From IMG/VR virus record IMGVR_UViG_3300025669_001165, positions 1-53,965 of that record: a DNA stretch of 53,965 nucleotides; one strand, written 5' to 3'. The translations under genes were made by a program, and so were the position numbers. Positions 19,559 through 28,421 of this stretch are shown piece by piece. Origin of the DNA: a virus. Taxonomy: Duplodnaviria > Caudoviricetes. The stretch's first letter is position 1; each line of letters begins with the position of its first letter. The notes beneath the pieces were generated by a model. It ran no database searches. It had not been told where the DNA came from and saw nothing but the letters and a program-made list of their open reading frames with translations.

Positions 19559-20486
19559 ACTTGGGCCACCAGTCGGGTGCAATGAAGCTTTCCATGTAGT
19601 CACAATCTTTACAAAAGGGCAAGTTCTCTTGCTTCATAGCAAGATGCAATTGTCTAACAGTTTCGAACTTCTTACCTTGCCATATCTCTTTGACGCTTTC
19701 TGTATTGGAATCTCCTACAACTAACTTCGCTAGAACATCCTGACAACATACTACGGCTTGACCGTCCGAACAGATGCTCAAGTCTAAAAAAACTCTCCAG
19801 CAAGGGTTCTTCATATGCCCTCCTATGTACTGTCCTCCGAGTCTCATCTTCTTTGAATCTATCAATCCACCTATGTTGTTGACTCCACTTCCTCCTACAT
19901 CATCTATCCCCAATCCTTGAAACAGTTTATAGTATTCTGGAAGCGAGCGTTCATTTGTCTTACAAGGAATGAATGCAGTCTGTGTAGGAATGTTACTACC
20001 TAGTTCCTTTCTTATCTCCATAAAGGCAGCTATGTTACCTACTACTGTCTCCCACTTCAATCCCTTTCTCATAGCTTCAAACGCTTCCTTGTTGCCTCCA
20101 TCTACACTAAAGACTATCTTATCTATCTTTGATTCCAACAACTTCCGAGATACATCTCTGTTCATAAGGGAAGCATTCGTAAAGAAACATATGATAGGTG
20201 TACCAGGTAGGTTCTCTTTTGCATAATTGATTCTATATACAAATTCTCCTATTGGTAGATGTAAGGGCTCACCATTGAGATGCAGATGAAAATAATCCAA
20301 TCTCCATCCAGCTTCCTTAATCTCATCTACTATCTTGATGTATAAACTTTCCTTCATGTCTCCGTTTCTCTCCATTCCTTCTCTGGGACAAGTAATACAT
20401 CCTCCATTGCACCAAGAACTACTCTCTACATGTATTTCCTTAGGTGCCGTAAAACTACTAGCTACAAAGTCTTTCAAGTTCTCCAT
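19539..20486 (-). CDS. Radical SAM protein with a SPASM/twitch domain
   Basis: CNGGCITC, NGEP and TNA, with C-terminal PCWR...VCCQD...CKDC. Confidence 0.9.
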   Translation of the reverse strand: MENLKDFVASSFTAPKEIHVESSSWCNGGCITCPREGMERNGDMKESLYIKIVDEIKEAGWRLDYFHLHLNGEPLHLPIGEFVYRINYAKENLPGTPIICFFTNASLMNRDVSRKLLESKIDKIVFSVDGGNKEAFEAMRKGLKWETVVGNIAAFMEIRKELGSNIPTQTAFIPCKTNERSLPEYYKLFQGLGIDDVGGSGVNNIGGLIDSKKMRLGGQYIGGHMKNPCWRVFLDLSICSDGQAVVCCQDVLAKLVVGDSNTESVKEIWQGKKFETVRQLHLAMKQENLPFCKDCDYMESFIAPDWWPKYESTSE

Positions 20487-20497
20487 TGTTCCTCCTG

Positions 20498-20917
20498 TTA
20501 AGTCGTTACTCTATCTACCATAATGTCTCCATCTACAACCCAAAACTTACTCTCCATAGTACTATTATCTGGAACCATAGCCAAAGCAGCTAGTATAGGG
20601 GGATTTATTATATCAACCCTCTCCTGTATTTCACCCTCTATTATTCCGCCAGTTCTATATTCTGGTGCTACTGCATATATTCGGTTTTCTATCACCATAA
20701 AATTAATCCAGAACCCCCCATCCACTATGGCTGCTGCGTATGCGGCAGTCAATGCTCTATTACCAGGGCCTGCTGCTGCAGCTACTTCTTTCTTTTTATA
20801 CTTCTGTACCCTTACCGAAACAGGTCCTAGTTTTGTAATTACTCTACATACAAAACCCTTCCACATAACATCATACCCTACTAATAAATCACTTACCTTT
20901 GTTTGAATGTAATCCAT
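20498..20917 (-). CDS. Hypothetical protein
   Basis: AGGAGG RBS; first gene of the modification cluster. Confidence 0.55.
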   Translation of the reverse strand: MDYIQTKVSDLLVGYDVMWKGFVCRVITKLGPVSVRVQKYKKKEVAAAAGPGNRALTAAYAAAIVDGGFWINFMVIENRIYAVAPEYRTGGIIEGEIQERVDIINPPILAALAMVPDNSTMESKFWVVDGDIMVDRVTT

Positions 20918-20932
20918 AATCCTCCTTTAGTT

Positions 20933-20986
20933 ACCCAAGTGCGGGGACTTGAACCCCGCCCCCTCATGCGTGAGCTGGACTTGGGT
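20933..20986 (-). ncRNA. tRNA-like element lacking an anticodon arm
   Basis: ACCCAAGT/ACTTGGGT closing stem, D-arm-like AGCTCA-CGCA-TGAG, and T-arm GCGGGG-TTCAAGT-CCCCGC. Confidence 0.55.
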
Positions 20987-22676
20987 TTATTGTAATTGTA
21001 CTTGCTCCATTCTCTTTGCTTATATACATCTTCTCTCCTAGAGAGTCCTGTACATCTGTAGCATGAGTTATCAAGAAGCATTTCTTGAAGGAGAACATTC
21101 TAAACACTTGCTGTACTGCTAGAGCGAACTTCCTTCTGTTAACATCATCCAAGCTACCTAATCCCTCATCTATAATCAAAGTCTGCACTCGAGCATTGTG
21201 CCTGTTGCTAAGGATTACAGATAACGCTACCCTTAAACAAAAGTCTACAAGGAACTTCTCTCCCCCACTGTAACCTATATAGGGTCGTTCATAGACTCCG
21301 TTCGATATCATTATGTCTAAAGTATCTTTACTCTTACCTGACTTCAGTTCCTTCTCTGTTGCGATACTTACTTTGAACTCACCATCAGTTAGAGTACCAA
21401 GCAACATATTCGTTACCTCTTCTATCTCTGGCTTGGCGTTCTCTATGATGAATGCTGGTATTCCATTCTTCCCAAATGCTTCTACCAACTTCTCATATGT
21501 GCCTTGTCTCTTTGTCTCAATTACTAACTCTTCTGATATCTTCGCTGCTTTCTCTTTACCCTTTGCCATTTGAGCTAGTATACCTTCGTCTCTACCAATG
21601 TTCGAGTTGGCCTCTGCAATGTTAGGTAGCAGAGCTTTCTGCATCTTCTCTTTCAACTTGTTGTATGTGTTAGTAACTGCTCCGGGTGGAACACTTGCTT
21701 CCATATCTAATCTCTTCGAAGCAGCATCTGCTTGAAAGTTCTTTAGTATACCTTCCCCCTTCATCTTCCTAGCTCCTAACTCAGATAGAAGTTTCTCGAT
21801 ATGCTCCTTATTCAGTTCCTGTTGGCACGTGGGACAAGGATGACCTATCTCCAACAGCTTGTACCTAGTTATTTGTCTTTGCACATCCCCTAACCTGGTC
21901 TCTACAGGAGTTACTTTCTCTCTTGTAAAAATGTTCAAAGCCTCTTTTAACCTTACGCGTTCTGTATCATACTTTGTTATCTCCAAATCCAAATCTAATA
22001 TCTCTTTCTCCATAGCTACTCTTCTCTTCTCTTCTGCAACTATGTACTCCCTAGCTTGTTCTACTCTCTTCCTTACTACCACCTCATCCTCTTCAGAGTC
22101 AGTTGACTCTAGTATTTCTTTCTGTCCTGCAAGAGTAGATACCCTAGTGTTGATTGCTCTTAACTTCTCTTTTGCTCTATCACAAGCCTTCTCATATACT
22201 CCTAACTGTAGTAAACTTAAGAGTACTTCCTTTGCTTCCTTTGGAGTTAACTTTGAGAATGAATCGGCTCCACCTTGTTCAAAGCAAGCAGTGTTCTTGA
22301 AGACATTGTAATCCATACCTAATAATTCGTATATGTATTGCTGTGTCTCCTTCATTGTCTGTCCTTGATACTGATTGCATTCTAACTTGGTAACCTTTCC
22401 TCTTCCTCTCTTCCTGGTGAGTTCATATTCTATACCCTCATCCTCCATCTGGAAACGTATAGTTGATTCACAGGAGTCTTCTCCATCTTTGATAACTGCA
22501 TCAGGTTTGTTACCATATCGAGACTCTCCAAACAAACACCAAGTTACACCCTCTCTAAACGCCGATTTACCCACGCCATTCTTTCCGAGCAACAGATATA
22601 GTCCACTGCTTTCTAATGGTAGCTCTACCTTCTCATAACTGAACAGATTCTTAAAGCCAACGTATGTCAGATTCAT
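20964..22676 (-). CDS. sbcC: SbcC/Rad50-like SMC ATPase
   Basis: GKNGVGKS, CPTC zinc hook, YSGGE signature, IIDEGLGSLD and ITH. Confidence 0.92.
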   Translation of the reverse strand: MNLTYVGFKNLFSYEKVELPLESSGLYLLLGKNGVGKSAFREGVTWCLFGESRYGNKPDAVIKDGEDSCESTIRFQMEDEGIEYELTRKRGRGKVTKLECNQYQGQTMKETQQYIYELLGMDYNVFKNTACFEQGGADSFSKLTPKEAKEVLLSLLQLGVYEKACDRAKEKLRAINTRVSTLAGQKEILESTDSEEDEVVVRKRVEQAREYIVAEEKRRVAMEKEILDLDLEITKYDTERVRLKEALNIFTREKVTPVETRLGDVQRQITRYKLLEIGHPCPTCQQELNKEHIEKLLSELGARKMKGEGILKNFQADAASKRLDMEASVPPGAVTNTYNKLKEKMQKALLPNIAEANSNIGRDEGILAQMAKGKEKAAKISEELVIETKRQGTYEKLVEAFGKNGIPAFIIENAKPEIEEVTNMLLGTLTDGEFKVSIATEKELKSGKSKDTLDIMISNGVYERPYIGYSGGEKFLVDFCLRVALSVILSNRHNARVQTLIIDEGLGSLDDVNRRKFALAVQQVFRMFSFKKCFLITHATDVQDSLGEKMYISKENGASTITINPSPAHA

Positions 22677-23620
22677 TTTACCTCCTCGAGTATCTTCTTA
22701 CCCTCGTTTATGACTTCTGAACCAAAGTCTTCTTGTGCTGCATATTCTGCAAAGCAGTCCAGAGGAGTCTTACTCTCATTGATGCGCTCGTTTCTCTTCT
22801 TCTGGACCTCAATTACGTTGTACTCAATACCTACAAGTTCATAGGCATCCTTGAACAACTCTTGTATCTTCTTCTGGTCAACCTCTTTTAACTTCTCTCT
22901 TGTTACCTTCACTACTACCTTTACGATAGCGTCTTTCGTATCAACTTCATCGTATGGTAAGTCAGTAGTCATATCTATCACTACTTGTACCATCTTGCGT
23001 GCTGGTGTGGGAATGAATTCCCATCCCCCATCTGTAACATGTAGGAAGCCTTTCATCTCTTCTCGTTCTCCAAAGTTCTCTCGTTCTGGGGAACCTACGT
23101 AGACAACATTATCGATGACCTCTTGGAACTTATGTACGTCCCCAAGCAGGAACAGATTACAGTCTGGGTTGTTCAGTTTCAATTCCTCTGCGGTCATGCC
23201 CAAGTCGTAAACGTAGTTGATTGGGCCCATCTTTGCTCCCTTCAACATAAAGTGTCCATAGTAGATACCTTTCTCTTTGTAGCCTGAATCTACTACCTTC
23301 ACTCCTTTGAAGTCTAAGTTGTGAAACTCTCCAAAGGTATAGTACGTTCCCTTCTTCAACTTAGTCGTAACTGTATCATGATTACCTACCACCAAGAGTA
23401 CTTCCATCCCTGCATCTACTATGGACTTAACCCACTGTTGGAATATCTTTTGCTCTTCTGGTTTGGGATTCCTATACTCATATATGTCTCCTGCTACAAC
23501 TACCCTCTCAGCATGCACTTCCTTTGCATACTCTCTTGCATACTTCAACACATTGATAAGGTCCATAGGACGATTGTTCAAGTTGATTTGCAAGTCTGCT
23601 AACACTACTTCGTTTACCAT
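22673..23620 (-). CDS. sbcD: SbcD/Mre11-like metallophosphoesterase nuclease
   Basis: ADLQ, AGDIY, GNHD, LGDVH and YVGSPERENFGE. Confidence 0.9.
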   Translation of the reverse strand: MVNEVVLADLQINLNNRPMDLINVLKYAREYAKEVHAERVVVAGDIYEYRNPKPEEQKIFQQWVKSIVDAGMEVLLVVGNHDTVTTKLKKGTYYTFGEFHNLDFKGVKVVDSGYKEKGIYYGHFMLKGAKMGPINYVYDLGMTAEELKLNNPDCNLFLLGDVHKFQEVIDNVVYVGSPERENFGEREEMKGFLHVTDGGWEFIPTPARKMVQVVIDMTTDLPYDEVDTKDAIVKVVVKVTREKLKEVDQKKIQELFKDAYELVGIEYNVIEVQKKRNERINESKTPLDCFAEYAAQEDFGSEVINEGKKILEEVK

Positions 23621-24576
23621 ATCTCCTCCTGTCGTTCTGCTATATCTTCTAGTTTCTTATTCTCTCCCTTTAGTATAGCGCACTTCTCGCCATCTCTAAA
23701 GCCATCATCAAACCAGAAAGGTAAAGCAACTTCAGTTCCTTCCATAGCCGCTCGTGTGCTTCTCTTCTTGTCTAACTGAATGACGCATCTGAATCCTACT
23801 ACGGTTTCTCTCTTCTTCTCTTTTCCGTGACCATCTATATATGGGACTTGTGTCTTAGGAGCATATTCTTTAGCTCCTCTCCTTACTCTTAACCTCATAC
23901 TACAGTAATGCTTAAGAGCATTCCCCCCAGGTATCTCTTCAAAGCTTCCAAAGCTCATAGGGTCTATTCTTATTTGTGCTATAAGTATCATAGCGCATTC
24001 TGCCTTCTTAACTAACCCTACCGACACTCTAAAGAACTGAGCAATCTTTCTTGCCTGTAGTGCTATAGTATCCTTCGCCAAACTTCTTATCCCCTCTTTG
24101 TCTTTCATCTCTTTCATACTACCCAATGCAGTTATAGAATCTACTACCATTATATCTACTGCTTTACTATCTAGTAACTCTCTTACCCTATCCAGTGCAG
24201 GTTCTAAGAAAGAGTCATCCACCACGAACAACTCTTCCATATTAACTCCTTGCTTCTCCATCCACAAAGGGTCAAGTTGTCCCTCTGCATCAACAAATGC
24301 TGCTACTCCTCCTGACCTCTGAACGTTAGCAATCGCTCTTGCAACTAAGGTACTCTTGCCTCCCTTCTCTGGACCTGCTACAACACTAAACTGTCCTGCA
24401 GGGATACCACCAGTTACATCATCCAGTATAGGGATATCAAAGTAAGCCCATTTCTTAACCCCTACATCCATATCACTAGCGAAACCTATGACAGCATCCT
24501 CTCCCGCCTTGGTTGCTCTCATCTTATGCTTATTGGCTATCTTCTTTAGCAGTTCAATCTTTTCGGTCTTGTCCAT
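23614..24576 (-). CDS. recA: RecA/UvsX recombinase
   Basis: GPEKGGKST, FVDAE, VVDSI, ALQARK and PGGNALKHY. Confidence 0.92.
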   Translation of the reverse strand: MDKTEKIELLKKIANKHKMRATKAGEDAVIGFASDMDVGVKKWAYFDIPILDDVTGGIPAGQFSVVAGPEKGGKSTLVARAIANVQRSGGVAAFVDAEGQLDPLWMEKQGVNMEELFVVDDSFLEPALDRVRELLDSKAVDIMVVDSITALGSMKEMKDKEGIRSLAKDTIALQARKIAQFFRVSVGLVKKAECAMILIAQIRIDPMSFGSFEEIPGGNALKHYCSMRLRVRRGAKEYAPKTQVPYIDGHGKEKKRETVVGFRCVIQLDKKRSTRAAMEGTEVALPFWFDDGFRDGEKCAILKGENKKLEDIAERQEEIW

Positions 24577-24877
24577 GAAACCTCTCCATTAAGTATACGA
24601 AATCTTCAAAGTTCATCGTTATAGAAACTCTGCCTGTACGGTTCTTCCTAACGTATGCGGGCATCCTACCTAGTGCATAAGCACGTCTCTCTATCTTCTC
24701 CATGTGGTCTTCATCTATAGTGATGCTCTTCGTATTGAAATTCTTACACTCGATTATGTGGTCTTCGCATAGCACATCTCCATCTTCCTTAGGAGCTTTT
24801 CGGGCTGTGTTGTCATACAGTAGCACATTTTGTATGACGTGTTGCTCTAGTTCATTCCCCTTGTCCGTCGTACTCAT
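24554..24877 (-). CDS. Hjc-like PD-(D/E)xK nuclease/resolvase
   Basis: KGNELE...GDV...IIECK. Confidence 0.7.
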   Translation of the reverse strand: MSTTDKGNELEQHVIQNVLLYDNTARKAPKEDGDVLCEDHIIECKNFNTKSITIDEDHMEKIERRAYALGRMPAYVRKNRTGRVSITMNFEDFVYLMERFHGQDRKD

Positions 24878-25334
24878 GGTTCCCCTCTATCACATCTTCG
24901 TAGTACTTCATAAGTCCATACGAGTCTGCTGCGTTGTTGTTAGAAAATTCAACTCCCCACTTCTTGTATATCTTAAGGAGCATCTCTTCTTTCTTAGCGT
25001 TACCCTTTCCAACTATGTGTTTCTTAAGCGTTGATGGTGGTATAGTATGAAGGTCTATTCCTCTATCCTTAAACATTAACTTCAGTATTCCTCCTAGTTC
25101 TCCTAAGTTAAACACCGACATACCCTGTGAACCGAATGAGTACCCTTCCATTACTACCACTTGTATCTCGTACCTCTCTAATAACGCTGCTACTTCGTTT
25201 CTAATGTATTGTAATCTTGCCAACCCTATTAGCTTGCCTGACTTAAGAGTAGAAGTTTCTATACCATTCGTCTCTTCTCCTCTTACAGATATGCCTGACT
25301 CTACTAAAGATTGGTCTATTGCTAATATGTTCAT
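24852..25334 (-). CDS. RuvC-like Holliday junction resolvase
   Basis: MNILAIDQS, VVMEGYSFGS, PSTLKK..GKGNAKKE and NNAADS; AAGGAGG RBS. Confidence 0.8.
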   Translation of the reverse strand: MNILAIDQSLVESGISVRGEETNGIETSTLKSGKLIGLARLQYIRNEVAALLERYEIQVVVMEGYSFGSQGMSVFNLGELGGILKLMFKDRGIDLHTIPPSTLKKHIVGKGNAKKEEMLLKIYKKWGVEFSNNNAADSYGLMKYYEDVIEGNHEYDGQGE

Positions 25335-25344
25335 ACCCCTCCTT

Positions 25345-25437
25345 GCGGAAACGGGTGTGGAAGATTTCTTAACAGCTGTCGCCATGAGCCTCTTCAAGCC
25401 TTATTTTCCGACAGCTCGCACACCCTTCATCATCCGC
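25345..25437 (-). other. Long bulged RNA stem-loop between ssb and the RuvC-like gene
   Basis: Three nested perfect helices: GCGGA/TCCGC, GGGTGTG/CACACCC and AGCTGTCG/CGACAGCT. Confidence 0.6.
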
Positions 25438-25442
25438 TTAGT

Positions 25443-26171
25443 TTAGAACAACGTATCGTCTGCTGCATCTGCTACCGGAGCAGCTGCTTTCGCCGCTGGA
25501 GCTGCTTTCGCTACTGGTGCTGCTTTCGCCGCTGGTTCTGCCTTAGGCACTGCTGCTGGAGCTGCTCCCGCTGGGAAGAGTTCCTTCAAGGTAGTAAGGT
25601 CTGTTGGAACATAAACCTTATCCAAATCCTGAACGCCTTCCTTCACAAGTTCAACATCCTCAGGAGTCAACTCAGTAGGTTGATTAGCAATCTTGAACTC
25701 ATACTTTGTATCTATACCCGCCCCCTTTCGAGTTATCCTTATCTCGAACTTCGCAAGAGGACTGTCGGCATTAATATCATTCCTGTTTGCGATGATAGAA
25801 TGCAACTGTTGCTTCGTCTGTGGTGCAAAATCCCATTGCTTTATAGTACCATCCCTCCTATCGAGGACATTTATGTAACACCTCCACTTTGCCTTCGTGT
25901 CACTATCTCCTATGCGCTCCACATAGTCACAGATAGGACATTCTGCTTTTGGGTCATCCTGTCTTGCACATACAAGCATCTTCTTCTCTGGATGTGCGTT
26001 CCAGTGAATGAGTGTTTCCTTTCTCTTGCCCAAGAACCTTACTTGAACTGTCTCTTTGTCCACTAGCTTAAGCGAAGTGAGATTGCCTCGAGCCGACTCC
26101 TTGTCCGCTCTTGTTTCTCCCCATTCGTTCTCAGCATAGTCTGTACCAAACGCTCCTTTGTCTTCTACCAT
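25443..26171 (-). CDS. Single-stranded DNA-binding protein (gp32-like)
   Basis: VRFL, H..C..CPIC, YINVLDR and RKGAGIDTKY, then an Ala/Pro linker and acidic DDTLF tail. Confidence 0.8.
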   Translation of the reverse strand: MVEDKGAFGTDYAENEWGETRADKESARGNLTSLKLVDKETVQVRFLGKRKETLIHWNAHPEKKMLVCARQDDPKAECPICDYVERIGDSDTKAKWRCYINVLDRRDGTIKQWDFAPQTKQQLHSIIANRNDINADSPLAKFEIRITRKGAGIDTKYEFKIANQPTELTPEDVELVKEGVQDLDKVYVPTDLTTLKELFPAGAAPAAVPKAEPAAKAAPVAKAAPAAKAAAPVADAADDTLF

Positions 26172-26195
26172 TGTGTTACCTCCTGTTTAGTGTAC

Positions 26196-26639
26196 TTAAA
26201 ATTCTCCCTCTTTACTACCTTTGTATTCGTCGCTCCCTTCCCTTCTCAAGTCCTTACACATGAAGTGTCCTTCAGTTAAGTCAATCCTCTTCATGTTCAA
26301 GAACTCTTGAACTAACACTGCTGCATCATATGCTTCCACTGCTGCTTGATAACCTTCATCAGCACTTGCATACCTATTCTTACCTGCATCAGTCTTCTCC
26401 TCACACTCAGTCTTCAAGACTAAATGTATCTTCTCCATCGCTCTCTTCCTGGCAAGAGTCAAACGTTTGCTCTTGGTAATCCATTCAGATGTAGTAGACT
26501 TCATAGCCCACATCTTAGTCATTAGTATCTTGGCTGCATCGAAAGGAATGTCATAAGTATATTCCTTGACTTCCTGTTCTAATGCAGTTAGTTGACTAAC
26601 GTCTAATCCTAACTCTTCGATAACTGCTTTGGTATCCAT
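26196..26639 (-). CDS. UvsY-like recombination mediator
   Basis: Helical protein with KTDAGKNRYASADEGY, adjacent to ssb in the RecA module. Confidence 0.5.
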   Translation of the reverse strand: MDTKAVIEELGLDVSQLTALEQEVKEYTYDIPFDAAKILMTKMWAMKSTTSEWITKSKRLTLARKRAMEKIHLVLKTECEEKTDAGKNRYASADEGYQAAVEAYDAAVLVQEFLNMKRIDLTEGHFMCKDLRREGSDEYKGSKEGEF

Positions 26640-26642
26640 TTC

Positions 26643-26955
26643 TCACCTCCTCTCGTGTGCTTTAGTATTGTGGCACAAGTAACACAATACTTGTAGGTTC
26701 TCTTTTCTATTGTTTCTGGGGTTGCCGTCCTTGTGGTGAATAGCTAATCTCTTCTCCTTGGTACCACACATTTCACAATGCGTCTTCTTAACTACTCTTT
26801 CAGACCACCCTCGGGATACTCCACCCTTCCAATTCCAATGCTTCTCGCCAATATGGCCAATCTTCCGTAGAGAAGCGAGAGCCCAATCTACTATTGGGTC
26901 CTCCAGGAAGTGCTAACTCCCTCATCTTTTGTTTAAACACTTCGGTCACTGCCAT
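26643..26955 (-). pseudogene. Frameshifted HNH endonuclease
   Basis: One frame encodes GEKHWNWKGG...CEMCG...IHHKDGNPRNNRKENLQVLCYLCH but lacks an ATG. The RBS and ATG at 26955 open a different frame. Confidence 0.65.
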
Positions 26956-27322
26956 CATCATCCTCCCAGGGGAAAATAATCCATTCGTTAATAGTTCTGA
27001 CACAAAAGTCTGGTTCCACTTCTGTACCATCCTTCCTATATAGAGTAGCAATTCTTCTCTTACCATCCTTGAACGCCTTCAAAGTCTTACCAGTGTCCGA
27101 TACATCATCCACAACTATAAGATACTCCGAAGAGCAATACAAATTCCCAGCTACTGGAGCACCCAAGTGATAAGATAATCCTGCAGCAATATACAACCCT
27201 CCACGAGGAATAGGAAAGAGAGAATGATTTGTGATATCTTTTACATCATTCAGTTTATCCGCCAGTTCCTTTACATCCTTCAAATACTGCTCCCACGTAA
27301 TTATGTGTTTAGACTGTTTCAT
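26933..27322 (-). CDS. Type I purine phosphoribosyltransferase (Gpt-like)
   Basis: IITWEQY, IPRGG, VVDDVSDTGKT PRPP-binding motif and WIIFPWE. Confidence 0.85.
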   Translation of the reverse strand: MKQSKHIITWEQYLKDVKELADKLNDVKDITNHSLFPIPRGGLYIAAGLSYHLGAPVAGNLYCSSEYLIVVDDVSDTGKTLKAFKDGKRRIATLYRKDGTEVEPDFCVRTINEWIIFPWEDDDGSDRSV

Positions 27323-27752
27323 AACTCTCCTCGTGGCACTTAAAGGTATTCTCACAAAAACGACACTTATCCCTATGTATACTATCATGACATATAGTAC
27401 ACACAGCAGCAAAATTACCTTTGTTATTATTCTCCCTATTCCAATCTTTATGATGAACATATCTAGTTTTTCTCTTTTTACACACCTCACAAGTAGGGTG
27501 TGCTTCTCTATACTCCGTAATCTTTCTAGCCATGCCATCCTTATAGAAGGGGTGTTCCTCCCCTCTCCTAACATTCTTCTTTATCTTTTCTTTAACGTCT
27601 TCTCTTCTAGCTGGATTTTTATCTCCAGAAATATCTTCTCTCACTAGTCCTTTCAGAGGATTTACGTAACCTTTCTTATACTTCTTTTTCCAAGAAACGC
27701 TTAATTTCTTTCGAGTCTCCTCTGAATGTTTGTGTCCCTTAAAATAGCCCAT
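27309..27752 (-). CDS. NUMOD3-HNH homing endonuclease
   Basis: GHKHSEETRKKLS (NUMOD3), CEVC and VHHKDWNRENN...CTICHDSIH. Confidence 0.85.
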   Translation of the reverse strand: MGYFKGHKHSEETRKKLSVSWKKKYKKGYVNPLKGLVREDISGDKNPARREDVKEKIKKNVRRGEEHPFYKDGMARKITEYREAHPTCEVCKKRKTRYVHHKDWNRENNNKGNFAAVCTICHDSIHRDKCRFCENTFKCHEESYETV

Positions 27753-28420
27753 TACACCTCCTCGTAGATAAGGGGGTCAGTCATATCTGCTTTACCAAAC
27801 GCTTCTAGTCTCTCTCTACAGCTACCACATACCCCACATGCCTTCTCTTCTCCCTTGTAACACGTCCAAGTAAGCTGATAGGGAACCTTTAATGCTTTAC
27901 CCATGCACGCTATGTCTCCTTTGTCAAGTCCAACAAACGGAGCAAGTATCTGTAATTCCTTGATATCATTACCGCTAAGTACTATGTTGATATCCTCTAA
28001 AAAGTCCTGACGGCAGTCCCAATAGATTGCATGGTCACCACTATGGGCTCCATAGTAGATATGCTCTACGTACTTCAGAGTCTCTGCTAAGGCTGCTGCA
28101 AGACTAAGCATTATCATATTGCGATTAGGTACTACTGTTGCCTTCATGCTCTCTTCATCGTAGTTACCCTCTGGAACTGCTATACCCTCATCTGTCAAAG
28201 CACTTCCTCCAAAGGAAGGAAACTGTACGATATGGTGTGTTGCAGAGTCCCCACTGTAATACTTTACTAGTTCCTTCGCACATTCAATCTCTTTACTATG
28301 TCTCTGCCCATAGTCAAATGTTACACAGTGTACGAACTTCCCTTCTTCTACTAGCTTACCTAGTAGTGTGGCACTATCCATTCCGCCACTCAATACCAAT
28401 AATACTTCTTCAGGTCCCAT
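27752..28420 (-). CDS. queC: 7-cyano-7-deazaguanine synthase
   Basis: SGGMDS, FDYGQRH, VPNRN and TWTCY...CGVCGSC. Confidence 0.97.
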   Translation of the reverse strand: MGPEEVLLVLSGGMDSATLLGKLVEEGKFVHCVTFDYGQRHSKEIECAKELVKYYSGDSATHHIVQFPSFGGSALTDEGIAVPEGNYDEESMKATVVPNRNMIMLSLAAALAETLKYVEHIYYGAHSGDHAIYWDCRQDFLEDINIVLSGNDIKELQILAPFVGLDKGDIACMGKALKVPYQLTWTCYKGEEKACGVCGSCRERLEAFGKADMTDPLIYEEV

Positions 28421-28421
28421 A

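Noticed and set aside
20933-20986. Functional tRNA gene
   Set aside because: Only 54 nt, with no anticodon arm and no CCA. Kept as a tRNA-like element instead.
25424-25433. C-box-like ATGATGA in the ssb-ruvC hairpin
   Set aside because: There is no partner CTGA D-box on the opposite strand of the stem.
25470-25570. Repeated gctgctttcg/gctgga units at the ssb 3' end
   Set aside because: They encode an Ala/Pro/Lys linker (AAKAAP); not a CRISPR array or regulatory repeat.
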